Source: an uncultured Akkermansia sp. (GTDB lineage Bacteria > Verrucomicrobiota > Verrucomicrobiia > Verrucomicrobiales > Akkermansiaceae). Taken from it: DNA of 64,000 nt. The position numbers and the translations under genes are program-made. Shown in pieces: positions 19,878 through 29,522 of the stretch. The DNA lies in NCBI GenBank assembly GCA_947631275.1, contig CANRKR010000002.1, positions 296 to 64,295 of the forward strand, given 5' to 3'. Each line of letters starts with the position of its first letter. Within the stretch, counting starts at the first letter, position 1. The notes beneath the pieces were generated by a model, which saw only the letters and a program-made list of their open reading frames with translations, was not told the origin of the DNA and made no database searches.

Positions 19878-20527
19878 GCCTCTGCAAGGCTTAAGTGCAG
19901 TTCACGCAGACTTTCCATGTACAGATCGGCGGCGCTGAGGTCAAGGTTGCGGGTAAGCCGACAGGGGATTGCAACGCTCCGGATACCGGCGGCGTTGGCT
20001 GCAAGAAGCCCATTTCTGGAGTCTTCCACCACGAGACAATCTTCAACCGGAAGAGCGAGGAAATTTTGTGCCGCGAGAAAGAGTGCAGGGTTTGGCTTCA
20101 CAGCATAACCATCTGTGCGACAAAAAATTTTAGGAAAAAATTGCATCGCGTTCAGGTGTTCCAACCATCCTGCCACCCATCGCCGGGAAGATGAGGAGGC
20201 TACCGTGAGGCGTATGCCTGCGCTGCGGCACCACTCCAGCAGCTCGAGTGCACCCGGCATGAGTCCGCTGTGCATGAGACGCTTCTCAATAGAGGTTTGC
20301 CGTTGCTCATTTTCCTGTTCCCAGTTGAAACGTTTGCCGGTAAGAAACTCGAGGTGGGAAGCGGGATCCCAGTGGGTATAGCCGGCGCCGAGGCACGGAG
20401 AGTAATCCTGCACGGTCAGTTCGCAACCCTCACGGTGATACAGTTCAACCCACGAACTGAAGATGGCCCATTCCGTATCCACGAGGACGCCGTCGAAGTC
20501 AAAGATGATGCCGCGCGGCAATTTCAT
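19859..20527 (-). CDS. HAD-superfamily hydrolase (subfamily IA, beta-phosphoglucomutase-like)
   Basis: Motif I is FDFDGVLVDTE. ATG 20527 forms an ATGA overlap with the upstream gene's stop codon. The track ORF begins at 20557. Confidence 0.85.
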   Translation of the reverse strand: MKLPRGIIFDFDGVLVDTEWAIFSSWVELYHREGCELTVQDYSPCLGAGYTHWDPASHLEFLTGKRFNWEQENEQRQTSIEKRLMHSGLMPGALELLEWCRSAGIRLTVASSSSRRWVAGWLEHLNAMQFFPKIFCRTDGYAVKPNPALFLAAQNFLALPVEDCLVVEDSRNGLLAANAAGIRSVAIPCRLTRNLDLSAADLYMESLRELHLSLAEAQKRTR

Positions 20528-21888
20528 GAACTGTGCCTCAGGTAAGTCTGCATCCACTCTTTGAACGAGCGGTGAGCGAGATTTTTACGGACAAGGTAGA
20601 TGGCAATGCAGAAATAGATTGCATTGGGAATCCATGCGCTGACCCATGCGGGGATGAGGCCGGACTCTCCCAGCGAGGGAAAGACACGGTAGAGAAACAA
20701 CATAAGCGCCGCAAGCAGAACCGCTATTCCAATCCCCTTCATTGGACTGCGTCGCTGGAAGGTTACCGCACTCGGCACGGCCAGCAGTACCAATACCAAA
20801 CAACTAAAGATACGCGCCAGCCGGACATGCCATTCCGTCTTGTAGCGGTAGCGATCCTCCACCGAGCCAGAGCCCGTCTTGATTAACTCGTAGAGTACAG
20901 AGGTGCCCATTGCGTCGATGCGATTGGTTTGCGTCGGAGCGATGATTTGGTAGGGCTTCTCATCAAAGGCGCAAATGAGGACATCGTCGTGTGAATCATC
21001 CGTGGGGCGTTGACCAGTGGGGACGATGTGACGGGTGTAAACATCGTACAGTGTCCAGGTGGAAGTCTTTTTATTCCATTCAGCTCGTGCGGCGATATAT
21101 TGGGCGGTGAGGCGCCCCGGATTGTCCCTGTCAAACTGTTCGATGACAAGGTTGCACATGGGTAATCCTGGGTTGCTGAAGGAAGCCGGGTTTTGAATGC
21201 GCCAGATGCGGGCACAGGCTTCGCTGCGGTAAATAACAGGGGCCGCCTGCTGTTGCGCATTTTCCTCCTGTTTAAGAATAACTTGGCGATAGAGTGAACC
21301 GTTTGGTGCCCAGTGGAAACCGAAGATACCATAGGCAAGGGCCGCCATACCGGCAAAGAAAAAGATTGGCATACACACGCGCAGCAGAGAACGTCCGCTC
21401 TGCATCATGCCGGTCAATTCGCTACTTCCGGAGAGTTTGCTCAGACTCCACAGCGCTCCCATCATGATGGTGTAAGGCAGAACCTGGTAGAGGAACATCG
21501 GCAGTTGTGTGGCGTAGAAATGCAAGGCCTGAGTGACCGGATCATCAAACCTTGTGCGAAAGCGCTCCATGTTGTCGGTGAAGTCTGCCAGCAGGTAAAT
21601 GAGCAGCAGGATGGCCGTGCACAAAAAAAAGTAGCTGACATAGCAGCGGCTCACGTAGCGATCCATCGTATCCATCAGCGTGTAGGGGAGCGCCGCCAAA
21701 AAAGGAATGTAGCAGAGCAGCAGAAGGAGAATCGGACGGAATTTCTGTTCCAGTGGGTAACTTTCCGGCATACCGGCAATTTCCCAGCGCATTTGCTCCA
21801 ATTCCCCCGGAATGAGGCGGAGAGCCAGCAAAGTACCTCCTGCCAGACAGAGCAGTAAGAGCAGCATCCTTTTAAGCATGGCCTTCAT
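20524..21888 (-). CDS. LptF/LptG (YjgP/YjgQ) family permease
   Basis: 454-aa multi-TM protein with YATQLPMFLYQVLPYTIMMGALWSLSKLSGSSELTGMMQSGRS, typical of the family. AAGGAG lies 7 nt upstream of the ATG. Confidence 0.85.
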   Translation of the reverse strand: MKAMLKRMLLLLLCLAGGTLLALRLIPGELEQMRWEIAGMPESYPLEQKFRPILLLLLCYIPFLAALPYTLMDTMDRYVSRCYVSYFFLCTAILLLIYLLADFTDNMERFRTRFDDPVTQALHFYATQLPMFLYQVLPYTIMMGALWSLSKLSGSSELTGMMQSGRSLLRVCMPIFFFAGMAALAYGIFGFHWAPNGSLYRQVILKQEENAQQQAAPVIYRSEACARIWRIQNPASFSNPGLPMCNLVIEQFDRDNPGRLTAQYIAARAEWNKKTSTWTLYDVYTRHIVPTGQRPTDDSHDDVLICAFDEKPYQIIAPTQTNRIDAMGTSVLYELIKTGSGSVEDRYRYKTEWHVRLARIFSCLVLVLLAVPSAVTFQRRSPMKGIGIAVLLAALMLFLYRVFPSLGESGLIPAWVSAWIPNAIYFCIAIYLVRKNLAHRSFKEWMQTYLRHSS

Positions 21889-21961
21889 GTTTCGGCTCCT
21901 TTTGTGCTCAGATTAGATTACTTGAGGCGTGGTTTTCCGGCCGGAGGAGGAGTGAAGACAA

Positions 21962-22735
21962 TCAAGTGCCGCTGCCAAGGCGATCTGCAAGATACTGCGG
22001 CAACCCGGCATCTTGTACAGCCTGCTGCGCTGCCGGAACATCATAGGGTACGCGTTTGATGATAACCAGGTTGAGAGCCGTGTCATAAATTCCATAGCAA
22101 GCGCGAGGGTCGCCATCGCGTGGTTGTCCCACAGAACCGACGTTGATAAAGTACTTCATTCCCAGCTGCGGGCGAATCTCTGTGTACCCCTGCGCGAGAA
22201 TTTCTTGTTGGCGTTCAAAATCCTCGATAGTATGCCGCCCGTCGTGTATGAACACCTTTGGTACATGCGTGTGTCCGTGAAAGCAAAGCGGACAAAACTG
22301 ACGTTGGAAGTTCGAGGCAGCATCGTTTGTATTGATGATATAGTTCCAATTTTTCGGGTGATCAAGCGAGGAATGAACGATACTGATGTTATGGCCGGAA
22401 CTTGTGCGTACAATGCGCTGGTATTGCAAACGAGCAAGCCAATCGCGACGGTCGCCACTGAGCTGAGAACGAGTCCAATCCATTGCTTGACGCGCGACAG
22501 GATTCATCTTTGCCTGACTGGGAAGCACAACCTCTTCGTCATGGTTTCCGCGAACGACAGGACAATCTAATTGACGGATGTAATCGAGACACTGAACAGG
22601 AAACGCATTGTACCCCACCACGTCTCCCAGACACACCAGCTCACTGCATTGCATGGCTCGGACATCCTCTATCACGGCACACAGTGCGTGATAGTTAGCG
22701 TGAATGTCGCTGATAATCGCTATCCTGTCCATCAT
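21962..22735 (-). CDS. metallophosphoesterase family protein
   Basis: 257 aa, with SDIHAN, GDVVGYN and GNHDE motifs. Confidence 0.88.
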   Translation of the reverse strand: MMDRIAIISDIHANYHALCAVIEDVRAMQCSELVCLGDVVGYNAFPVQCLDYIRQLDCPVVRGNHDEEVVLPSQAKMNPVARQAMDWTRSQLSGDRRDWLARLQYQRIVRTSSGHNISIVHSSLDHPKNWNYIINTNDAASNFQRQFCPLCFHGHTHVPKVFIHDGRHTIEDFERQQEILAQGYTEIRPQLGMKYFINVGSVGQPRDGDPRACYGIYDTALNLVIIKRVPYDVPAAQQAVQDAGLPQYLADRLGSGT

Positions 22736-22750
22736 ATTCCCCTTTCTCGC

Positions 22751-22779
22751 ATGCTAGCACGAATTCTAACCTCCTGCAA
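22751..22779 (-). promoter_or_regulatory. sigma70-type promoter candidate (TTGCAG-17-TAGCAT) for the phosphoesterase-lptFG-HAD genes
   Basis: The minus strand reads TTGCAG (22779-22774), a 17-nt spacer and TAGCAT (22756-22751). It is 15 nt before ATG 22735 and just downstream of the rpsU terminator. Confidence 0.4.
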
Positions 22780-22814
22780 GTGTAAAGCTTTTACTCTCCT
22801 CCCGCGTCGCTTCA

Positions 22815-22851
22815 TAACACAAAGACGGCTTTCACCCTATGGAGAAAGCCG
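22815..22851 (-). terminator. intrinsic terminator candidate after rpsU
   Basis: Minus-strand RNA reads CGGCUUUC-UCCAUAGGGU-GAAAGCCG, an 8-bp perfect stem. The tail is UCUUUGUGUU. Confidence 0.5.
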
Positions 22852-22899
22852 CGCGATTCAGCACTCACGAAGTGAACGCTGAGAGAAATGAGGAATTAC

Positions 22900-23136
22900 T
22901 TACTCCTCGCCCGGGGTCACCGCTGCTGCCGGAATCTCCTCCTTATTAGTGAAACGCCATTTCACCTTATTGCGTTTGCTCGCTGAGCGAGCCTTGCGGC
23001 GCTTCTCATCCATAGGGCTTTCGAATGCTCGTCGACGGCGCATTTCCTCAAGAATCCCTTCGGTATCAAGCTTCGTCTTAAGGCGCTTGAGAGCGCGGTC
23101 AATCGGCTCTCCTTTTCGTACTATAACGGAACGCAT
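22900..23136 (-). CDS. rpsU: 30S ribosomal protein S21 (bS21)
   Basis: 78 aa, beginning MRSVIVRKGEPIDRALKRLKTKLDTEGILEEMRRRRAFE. Confidence 0.93.
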   Translation of the reverse strand: MRSVIVRKGEPIDRALKRLKTKLDTEGILEEMRRRRAFESPMDEKRRKARSASKRNKVKWRFTNKEEIPAAAVTPGEE

Positions 23137-23280
23137 ATTCTTTGAATGTTTTCTCTTATCGTTTTCCGAAACGACGACGCAGGGTAGCCCATTATGAGGC
23201 CTCTGTCAAGGTTTTTCTTTTCCCGTGCAGAAATCTTTTGCTTTTTCTTCCCAAAAGGAAACAGGAAAAGGGATTTTCGC

Positions 23281-23309
23281 TTGCTTTGTGCCGCGGTGCA
23301 TGGTACCAT
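23281..23309 (+). promoter_or_regulatory. sigma70-type promoter candidate for fba (TTGCTT-17-TGgTACCAT)
   Basis: TTGCTT at 23281-23286, 17-nt spacer, extended -10 TGgTACCAT ending at 23309. It lies 64 nt before the fba ATG. Confidence 0.4.
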
Positions 23310-23373
23310 CCCCCCTGCCCGGTGTGGGGCTCCTCGCCCGACTGTGGCGAAACTTTAACCAAAAAATCATACA

Positions 23374-24399
23374 ATGCCTGTACCAACCCAAGAACAGTAT
23401 ATCAAGATGCTGAACACGGCCAAGAAAGAGGGCTATGCCTATCCGGCTGTGAATGTCACTACGATTGAGGTCATCAATGGCGCGCTGAAAGCTTTCGCCG
23501 AAGCAAAGTCCGATGGAATTATTCAGATTTCACTGGGTGGCGGGCAGTTTGCCTCCGGCACGGCCGTAAAAGATTCTGCTACCGGCGCGATCGTTCTGGC
23601 TGAAGCTGTCCATCGTCTTGCTGAGAAGTACGATGTGCTCGTTGCGTTGCACACGGATCACTGTCAGGCCGATAAGATTGACAGTTTCCTTCGCCCGCTT
23701 ATTGCTGAATCCAAGAAACGCATTGCGGAAGGCAAGGGGCCTCTTTTCAATTCGCACATGCTGGATGCCTCGGCGCTGCCTATGGCTCAGAATCTGGAGA
23801 TATCCAAGCAGATGCTTAAGGAGTGCGCAGAGGTTGGCATCGTGCTTGAGATTGAGATTGGTGTGGTCGGTGGGGAGGAGGATGGCGTTGACAACAGTGG
23901 TCAGCACGCTGCCAAACTTTACACATCCCCGGAAGATATGCTTCTCACCTATGAAACGCTCAATGGTTTGGGTGAGTTCATGCTCGCTGCCACTTTCGGC
24001 AACGTGCACGGCGTTTACAAACCGGGCGCCGTAAAATTGGAGCCCAAGATTCTTCGTGACGGTCAGAAAGCAGTCATGGACAAGCACGGCACGGATATGC
24101 GCCTTGTTTTCCACGGCGGATCAGGTTCCGATCTTTGCGACATCCGCGAAGCCATCTCCTACGGTGTGGTGAAGATGAATATCGATACGGACACCCAGTA
24201 CGCCTTCTCCAAACCCATCGTCCTGCATATGTGCCAGAATATTGACGGCATGCTGAAGGTGGATGGTGAAGTAGGCAACAAGAAAGTGTATGATCCTCGA
24301 TCCTATCTCAAGAAGGGTGAACAGGGGATCTGTGACCGCTTGAAGGTTGCGACGTCGGATCTCCTCTCTGAGGGCAAGACACTCTTCGGCAAGATCTAA
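23374..24399 (+). CDS. fba: class II fructose-bisphosphate aldolase
   Basis: 341 aa. Motifs include YAYPAVNV, HTDHC and FHGGSGS. Confidence 0.95.
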   Translation: MPVPTQEQYIKMLNTAKKEGYAYPAVNVTTIEVINGALKAFAEAKSDGIIQISLGGGQFASGTAVKDSATGAIVLAEAVHRLAEKYDVLVALHTDHCQADKIDSFLRPLIAESKKRIAEGKGPLFNSHMLDASALPMAQNLEISKQMLKECAEVGIVLEIEIGVVGGEEDGVDNSGQHAAKLYTSPEDMLLTYETLNGLGEFMLAATFGNVHGVYKPGAVKLEPKILRDGQKAVMDKHGTDMRLVFHGGSGSDLCDIREAISYGVVKMNIDTDTQYAFSKPIVLHMCQNIDGMLKVDGEVGNKKVYDPRSYLKKGEQGICDRLKVATSDLLSEGKTLFGKI

Positions 24400-24429
24400 A
24401 TTAGTTCTCTCGTTTTGTGATCCTGTATG

Positions 24430-24461
24430 GGTGCACCGAGGCATCTCGGTGCACCTTTCTT
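24430..24461 (+). terminator. intrinsic terminator after fba
   Basis: GGTGCACCGAG-GCAT-CTCGGTGCACC is an 11-bp perfect GC-rich stem, followed by TTTCTT. Confidence 0.75.
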
Positions 24462-24837
24462 ATGATCGCTCAGAAAGGTGCGGGCTGTGAAAGAGGCATT
24501 GCCCCCCCTATGAGGTGTGAATGGTGGAGGGAAATCCTAGGCCCTTCGTGTTATTTTTATGGGACGGTGACAACAGAAAGCAACTCGTTGACAGATCACG
24601 AAAACGCACCGCAAGTGACCCCGACCCTGAACACGGGCACCTGTCCATGAGGGATGCCGCCCATCACGAAAACACAGGTCGGTTCACGGATCTTCGCGAC
24701 TACTGCGCCACCGCGACACCCCCACCGACCCACGCCAAACGAGGGGGACAATTATGGGCTCCAAACACACACCACAAAACTGCTCCTGCGCAGGGGAGGA
24801 GTGCAGAGCTTTGGGAGAGACAAGGAGCGATCCCTTT

Positions 24838-25194
24838 TTACGCTTTGTTTGGAGAAGCGCCAGCCGCGGTATGCGCCTGGGAAGTCTCCTCCAGCAGAAG
24901 GCGGCGAATCAACCGCTCCATAGCTACGGGCGTGGGGCGCACGTTCCAGCGGTCAGTGACACGCCGTGCTTCCCTGCCGCTTAAACGTACAGCGAAAGCA
25001 GAAATGGTGTTATAATCCGGATGGGATTCGTTGCGGAGCATATCCTCGATAATCGCCAGCTTGCGTACGGGGATCGGGCGGCGGCCACAGAGCCACTGGG
25101 CAACGGTTCCTTTGCAAACTCCAACCCGCTCAGCCAATGCTGTTCGGGGGATGCGGTGTTGTTTGAGTGTACGGGATATTTCTTTGTAGTCCAT
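24838..25194 (-). CDS. XRE/Cro-like helix-turn-helix protein (orphan)
   Basis: 118 aa. The N-terminal HTH reads RTALAERVGVCKGTVAQWLCGRRPIPVRKLAIIEDML. The gene has its own promoter candidate and non-coding sequence on both sides. Confidence 0.65.
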   Translation of the reverse strand: MDYKEISRTLKQHRIPRTALAERVGVCKGTVAQWLCGRRPIPVRKLAIIEDMLRNESHPDYNTISAFAVRLSGREARRVTDRWNVRPTPVAMERLIRRLLLEETSQAHTAAGASPNKA

Positions 25195-25205
25195 AAACGG
25201 CGCCT

Positions 25206-25234
25206 ATTGTGAGGTTAGACGGAGGCAAAGTCAA
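25206..25234 (-). promoter_or_regulatory. sigma70-type promoter candidate (TTGACT-17-CACAAT) for the HTH gene
   Basis: The minus strand reads TTGACT (25234-25229), a 17-nt spacer and CACAAT (25211-25206). Only 11 nt separate the -10 from ATG 25194, so the mRNA would be leaderless or nearly so. Confidence 0.4.
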
Positions 25235-25467
25235 GCCATAAATAAGTTACGGCGATTGCACTCATATGAAAAAAAAGAAAAAAGTGGGACATAAGAAATG
25301 TCAATTTATTTGTCTCAATATCTGGTAGCTAACGCATAGCCTTTGAGTTACGTCAAACAAAATTTTTGGCGTCATTCGGGAAAGGTTCTTTAGATCGAGG
25401 TGCGGATGACGTGAGTTACAACGTCCGAAAGAGGACCCTATATTCCCAAATAGAAGTATTCGGATCA

Positions 25468-26553
25468 TCAGTGAGAGATGGCGCGCTGGCGCAAGAAATG
25501 GTCAGCCAGCACAAGCCATGCCATAGCTTCCACGATCGGGACTGCACGTGGAAGCACGCAGGGGTCGTGACGCCCCTTGCCGCGCAGTGTCGCGGGTTCA
25601 TGGCTATCCGTGATCGTCTCCTGGGGCAGCATGATGGTGGCGGTAGGTTTAAAAGCGAGGCAGAGGCAGATGTCCTCGCCGTTTGAGATGCCGCCCTGGA
25701 TCCCTCCAGAGAAGTTGGTGCGCGTACGCACGCAGTCACCCTCCATGAAAAAAGGGTCGTTGTGTTGCGAGCCGGTGAGGGATGCAGCCGCAAACCCGCT
25801 GCCTACCTCAAATCCCTTGCAAGCAGGAATGCTCAGCATGGCGTGCGCCAGCGTGGCATCCAGCTTATCGAAGACAGGATCCCCGAGTCCTGCCGGACAA
25901 TGGCGAATGATGCAGTTGATACAGCCACCAAGTGAGTCACCTTTGCTGCGGGCAGAAAGGATGGCTTGCTGCATTTTTCCAGCGGTAGAGGCATCGGAAG
26001 TCCGTACAGGGTTTGCCTCGATTTGTTCATGAGTCACCTCATCGGGAGAGATTTCAGAGCAAATAGTTCCCACTTGAGATACCCATGCCAGCACATCAAT
26101 TTCCGGAGCAAAAACGTGCAACATGGCTTTCGCTACGGCTCCCGCCGCCACGCGTCCGATCGTTTCCCTCGCACTGGCTCTCCCGCCGCCTGCCCAGGCA
26201 CGGATGCCGTATTTGGCGTCGTAGGTGTAGTCCGCGTGTGAGGGACGGTAGGTATGTCGCATCTCGTCATATGCACTGCTGCGAGCATCACCATTACGCA
26301 CGAGCAGAGCAATGGGCGTGCCAAGCGTGAGTCCTTCCTCTGAGACGCCGCTGAGGATTTCAACCTTATCCGTCTCCTTTCGTGGGGTTGTGAGATCGCT
26401 CTGTCCGGGGCGTCGCCGATCCAGTTCCGACTGAATTTTCAAGCAATTCAACGGTATACGCGGCGGACATCCGTCGATGACCACACCAACCCCTGCACCG
26501 TGGGACTCGCCCCAGGTGCTGATTCTGAACAAAACTCCGAATGTGCTCGACAT
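25468..26553 (-). CDS. aroC: chorismate synthase
   Basis: ATG 26553 gives [31 protein letters not shown], the canonical start (361 aa). The track ORF's extension to 26730 would overlap adk. Confidence 0.95.
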   Translation of the reverse strand: MSSTFGVLFRISTWGESHGAGVGVVIDGCPPRIPLNCLKIQSELDRRRPGQSDLTTPRKETDKVEILSGVSEEGLTLGTPIALLVRNGDARSSAYDEMRHTYRPSHADYTYDAKYGIRAWAGGGRASARETIGRVAAGAVAKAMLHVFAPEIDVLAWVSQVGTICSEISPDEVTHEQIEANPVRTSDASTAGKMQQAILSARSKGDSLGGCINCIIRHCPAGLGDPVFDKLDATLAHAMLSIPACKGFEVGSGFAAASLTGSQHNDPFFMEGDCVRTRTNFSGGIQGGISNGEDICLCLAFKPTATIMLPQETITDSHEPATLRGKGRHDPCVLPRAVPIVEAMAWLVLADHFLRQRAISH

Positions 26554-26612
26554 AACTGATTGCCGCCATGGTAGCGCATGAGCAACAAAGAAGCAAGCCT
26601 CGAAATTCCGGC

Positions 26613-26641
26613 TTGCAAACGGTCGTGGCGCAGGGCATAAT
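26613..26641 (+). promoter_or_regulatory. sigma70-type promoter candidate for adk (TTGCAA-17-CATAAT)
   Basis: TTGCAA at 26613-26618, 17-nt spacer, CATAAT at 26636-26641. It lies 33 nt before the adk ATG. Confidence 0.45.
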
Positions 26642-26674
26642 GAGAAACGCGCCGCGGTGGCGCAACATTGATCT

Positions 26675-27328
26675 ATGAAGACTTTGAAACGATTTGTTCT
26701 GGTGGGGGCTCCGGCGTCCGGGAAAGGCACGCAGTCCTCGTTTCTCTCACAGACTTATAACCTCAAGCCGCTGAGTACCGGGGCTCTCTTACGTGCCGAG
26801 GTGGCAGCCGGTAGTGAGCTGGGTCTGGAAGCAAAGAAATACATGGACGCCGCCCAGTTTGTGCCGGATGAGGTGGTGAATGGAATTGTCACGCAGTGGC
26901 TTGGCAGCAATCGCGACTGCGGCTGCCTGCTGGATGGCTATCCGCGTACCGTTTCTCAGGCGCAGACACTGGATGCGAACCTTGCCCGGCTTGGGCTTGC
27001 GGTGGATATCGTGGTGTACTTGAATGTGCTACCAGAACTCATCGAGGCGCGCATGCTGCGTCGTAAGGCCTGTCCGAAGTGCGGTGAGACCACGCGGAAT
27101 GGCGAGGAACTCTGCCCAAAGTGTGGCACGCCGATGATCGTGCGCACCGACGACAACCCGGAGGCATTTGCCAAACGGCGCAAGGATTATGAAACGCTCA
27201 CCCTTCCCGTAGTGGAGCACTACCGCGCACAGGGCAAGGTGGTGCAGATCGACGTGGTCGAGGAGGGGGAGCCGGAAACTGTTTCTGCCCGCATTGCGGC
27301 GGCTATCAAGGCTTACGCTGAGGCGTGA
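26675..27328 (+). CDS. adk: adenylate kinase (zinc-lid type)
   Basis: 217 aa with P-loop [10 protein letters not shown]. The lid has CPKC...CPKC. Confidence 0.95.
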   Translation: MKTLKRFVLVGAPASGKGTQSSFLSQTYNLKPLSTGALLRAEVAAGSELGLEAKKYMDAAQFVPDEVVNGIVTQWLGSNRDCGCLLDGYPRTVSQAQTLDANLARLGLAVDIVVYLNVLPELIEARMLRRKACPKCGETTRNGEELCPKCGTPMIVRTDDNPEAFAKRRKDYETLTLPVVEHYRAQGKVVQIDVVEEGEPETVSARIAAAIKAYAEA

Positions 27329-27433
27329 ATCATTGAGTTTTTGAATCGGAGGAAAAGCGCTTCGGAGGAGGGCTCCGGAGCGCTTTTCTATATTCTCTTG
27401 CGTGAGGGGAGTGTGGGTGTGTATGATTGGGTG

Positions 27434-29464
27434 ATGAAAGAAATGATGAAGCAACGAATGATGATGTGCATAGCGCTGCTGTCGGGCGCTGCAGCTTGGG
27501 TCCAGGCTCTCCCCGCGTCACAGGATTTATTCAGGCAGCTTGCCGCGCCGGCTTCCGCTGTGACCATGCAGCCGGAGAAGAGAGCTGCCGTCCTTCCGGC
27601 ATTGGCTTTTCTGCCGCCGGAGGGTGATGCCGTGCTGGCGGAGGCGTGTCCAGGATCCATCATCGCGTGGCTGATGCAGGTGCTTGGGAAGCCTGTCGAC
27701 CCGGATCTCGCCAGGAAGCTCGATAGCACTTCCTCGGCTGCACTGGTGGTAGGGGAAGGAGGGAGTCTCGCTCTTCGGGAGGCTTTGCCCTTCCTGCGTC
27801 AGGCGGGGATGCTGAAATCGATGAGCGGTTGCGAAAATGCCTGGTGTGCCAAGGCCAGGACAGAGCACGTGCCCTGCATCCGCCGGGCGTTCGAGGAGCA
27901 GCGACGATTGGAGGGAAAGAGCCTTCTCAGCGCTTTGGAGAGATTATCTCTGCCGCCGATATATTACGCCATTACCGCCAGGGAGGGGCGTGAGCAGGAT
28001 TTCGCCGCGATGCACCGCCAGGTTATTGACATGTTTCGCCGCATGGCGCAGGAAAATCCGGATGTGCAATTTGTGGAACACTGCGGCTACGCTGGTGTAC
28101 GGATGAGCTGGCTCACCGCCGTGGAACAAGTGATGGGCTCCTTGCCACCGGGCGACGTGCGACGGGCCCTGTCGCACAGAGAGCTGTATCTGCTCACGCG
28201 CAACCGCGGAAGCGATGCGATGATGATTGCCTGCTGCCGTCTGTCCGACATCGTGTTGCCTCCGACAGCCGAGTATTCCATGCTCCACTCGCCGCGGTTG
28301 AACGGTGCGGATGTTCACGTGGATTCGCTTATAGCGACAGCATGGGTGAGTGCGCCATTCCAGAGGGCGCTTCGCGATGCTTTGGGAGGTGACAACGTTC
28401 CACTTATGCAAGCCTGCGTGAATGCCCTGCGGCTCATCGGCGAAAAAGCGCCGGCGCAGCAGGCGACACTCAACAAAGCGGCGGAGCAACTCGCATGGAT
28501 CTCCACATTGCCGAATCTCTTTGATGAACCGTACACCCCGCTCACCATGCAGTGCTGGCACGACTTGAACGGTGTCATGATTGAAACGACTGGCGACGCC
28601 GGGGGTATGCGTTTCCTTCCCGGGAAAATGCATCTCGCGCACCAGGCAGCCGCGCAGGGAACGATGTTTTACCTGGAAAGCACTGCTTTCGAAGCCCCCC
28701 ATACACCGGAGAAGGATTCCTTCTTTCCGGATCTTCAGGCGGCGTTGCTGGATATTGCGCGCGGTGTGGAGTTGACGTTGCGCGAGGAGGAACGAGGCGC
28801 TTCCTTCGCCTACATTCGTTATGCTGATTTGCTGAAAGATCAGATTGCAATGATCGGCAAGGCTTTTGGGCGAATCAGCGATGGATTGGCTTCTCCCTTT
28901 TCGGCACTCATCAGCCGCGTTGTCGATGAAGACGGTGGGAAGTCTGTGTGTGCATGGGCGCTTGGAGCCGCCGTGCGAGATCGTGCCGCTTTGGGTAGCG
29001 GATGGAAAGAGATCCTATCCGCTTTCAGTCAGTCTGTTGAAAAACTCGGTCTCCCTTCCGGTATCGTGCGTCTTCTGCCGGTTTCAGAGCAGGATCTTAG
29101 CAATGGTTCCGTGGCGTACGCCTCCGCGCTTTCCCCTGAACACGCGAAGATTCTCCCCAGCGTGGCATTGAACAACCGGTATTTCGTGATGGGCAACGAT
29201 AGAGGTCTCAACGCCCACGTACTTGCCTCCGCTACCGGGGATGTGCCCTTCTGCGGAGCGGTCTCTTTTCTCCACATCCCGCGTTTGGCAGAGGCCTTGA
29301 AGGGAGGGAACGTGTTTCCGCCTCTCTGTTCAATTAAGCGCTCCGCATCTCTTGCTGCTCTGATGGAGCGCCTCGCCAGCAGTGTGGAGTGCGTGTACTC
29401 CGTCTCCACAGTTGCGGAAGGCACCCGTACGGCGCGCGCACTCGTTGTTCCAACGAAGGAGTAA
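27434..29464 (+). CDS. hypothetical secreted protein
   Basis: The track ORF starts at TTG 27341. ATG 27434 gives MKEMMKQRMMMCIALLSGAAAWVQALP, which looks like a signal peptide. The protein is 676 aa and I recognise no family. Confidence 0.7.
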   Translation: MKEMMKQRMMMCIALLSGAAAWVQALPASQDLFRQLAAPASAVTMQPEKRAAVLPALAFLPPEGDAVLAEACPGSIIAWLMQVLGKPVDPDLARKLDSTSSAALVVGEGGSLALREALPFLRQAGMLKSMSGCENAWCAKARTEHVPCIRRAFEEQRRLEGKSLLSALERLSLPPIYYAITAREGREQDFAAMHRQVIDMFRRMAQENPDVQFVEHCGYAGVRMSWLTAVEQVMGSLPPGDVRRALSHRELYLLTRNRGSDAMMIACCRLSDIVLPPTAEYSMLHSPRLNGADVHVDSLIATAWVSAPFQRALRDALGGDNVPLMQACVNALRLIGEKAPAQQATLNKAAEQLAWISTLPNLFDEPYTPLTMQCWHDLNGVMIETTGDAGGMRFLPGKMHLAHQAAAQGTMFYLESTAFEAPHTPEKDSFFPDLQAALLDIARGVELTLREEERGASFAYIRYADLLKDQIAMIGKAFGRISDGLASPFSALISRVVDEDGGKSVCAWALGAAVRDRAALGSGWKEILSAFSQSVEKLGLPSGIVRLLPVSEQDLSNGSVAYASALSPEHAKILPSVALNNRYFVMGNDRGLNAHVLASATGDVPFCGAVSFLHIPRLAEALKGGNVFPPLCSIKRSASLAALMERLASSVECVYSVSTVAEGTRTARALVVPTKE

Positions 29465-29522
29465 GTGCTTTGCGTTTCTGCCTTCTCCTTTGCGCTTGCT
29501 TCTCGGACGAGTGCGGAATATA

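Noticed and set aside
23367-23372. TACAAT hexamer just before fba
   Set aside because: Its last two bases are the first two of the fba ATG, so it cannot serve as the -10 for this gene. The TTGCTT-17-TGgTACCAT element at 23281-23309 is the better candidate.
24521-25015. 164-aa plus-strand ORF in the fba-aroC island
   Set aside because: It has R/P/T/A-rich low-complexity translation, overlaps the HTH gene antisense, starts inside non-conserved-looking sequence and has no promoter or SD.
26554-26730. N-terminal extension of the aroC ORF (track start 26730)
   Set aside because: The extension starts at GTG, has no similarity to chorismate synthase and would overlap the adk start and its promoter. 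ATG 26553 gives the canonical MSSTFG...GESHG N-terminus.
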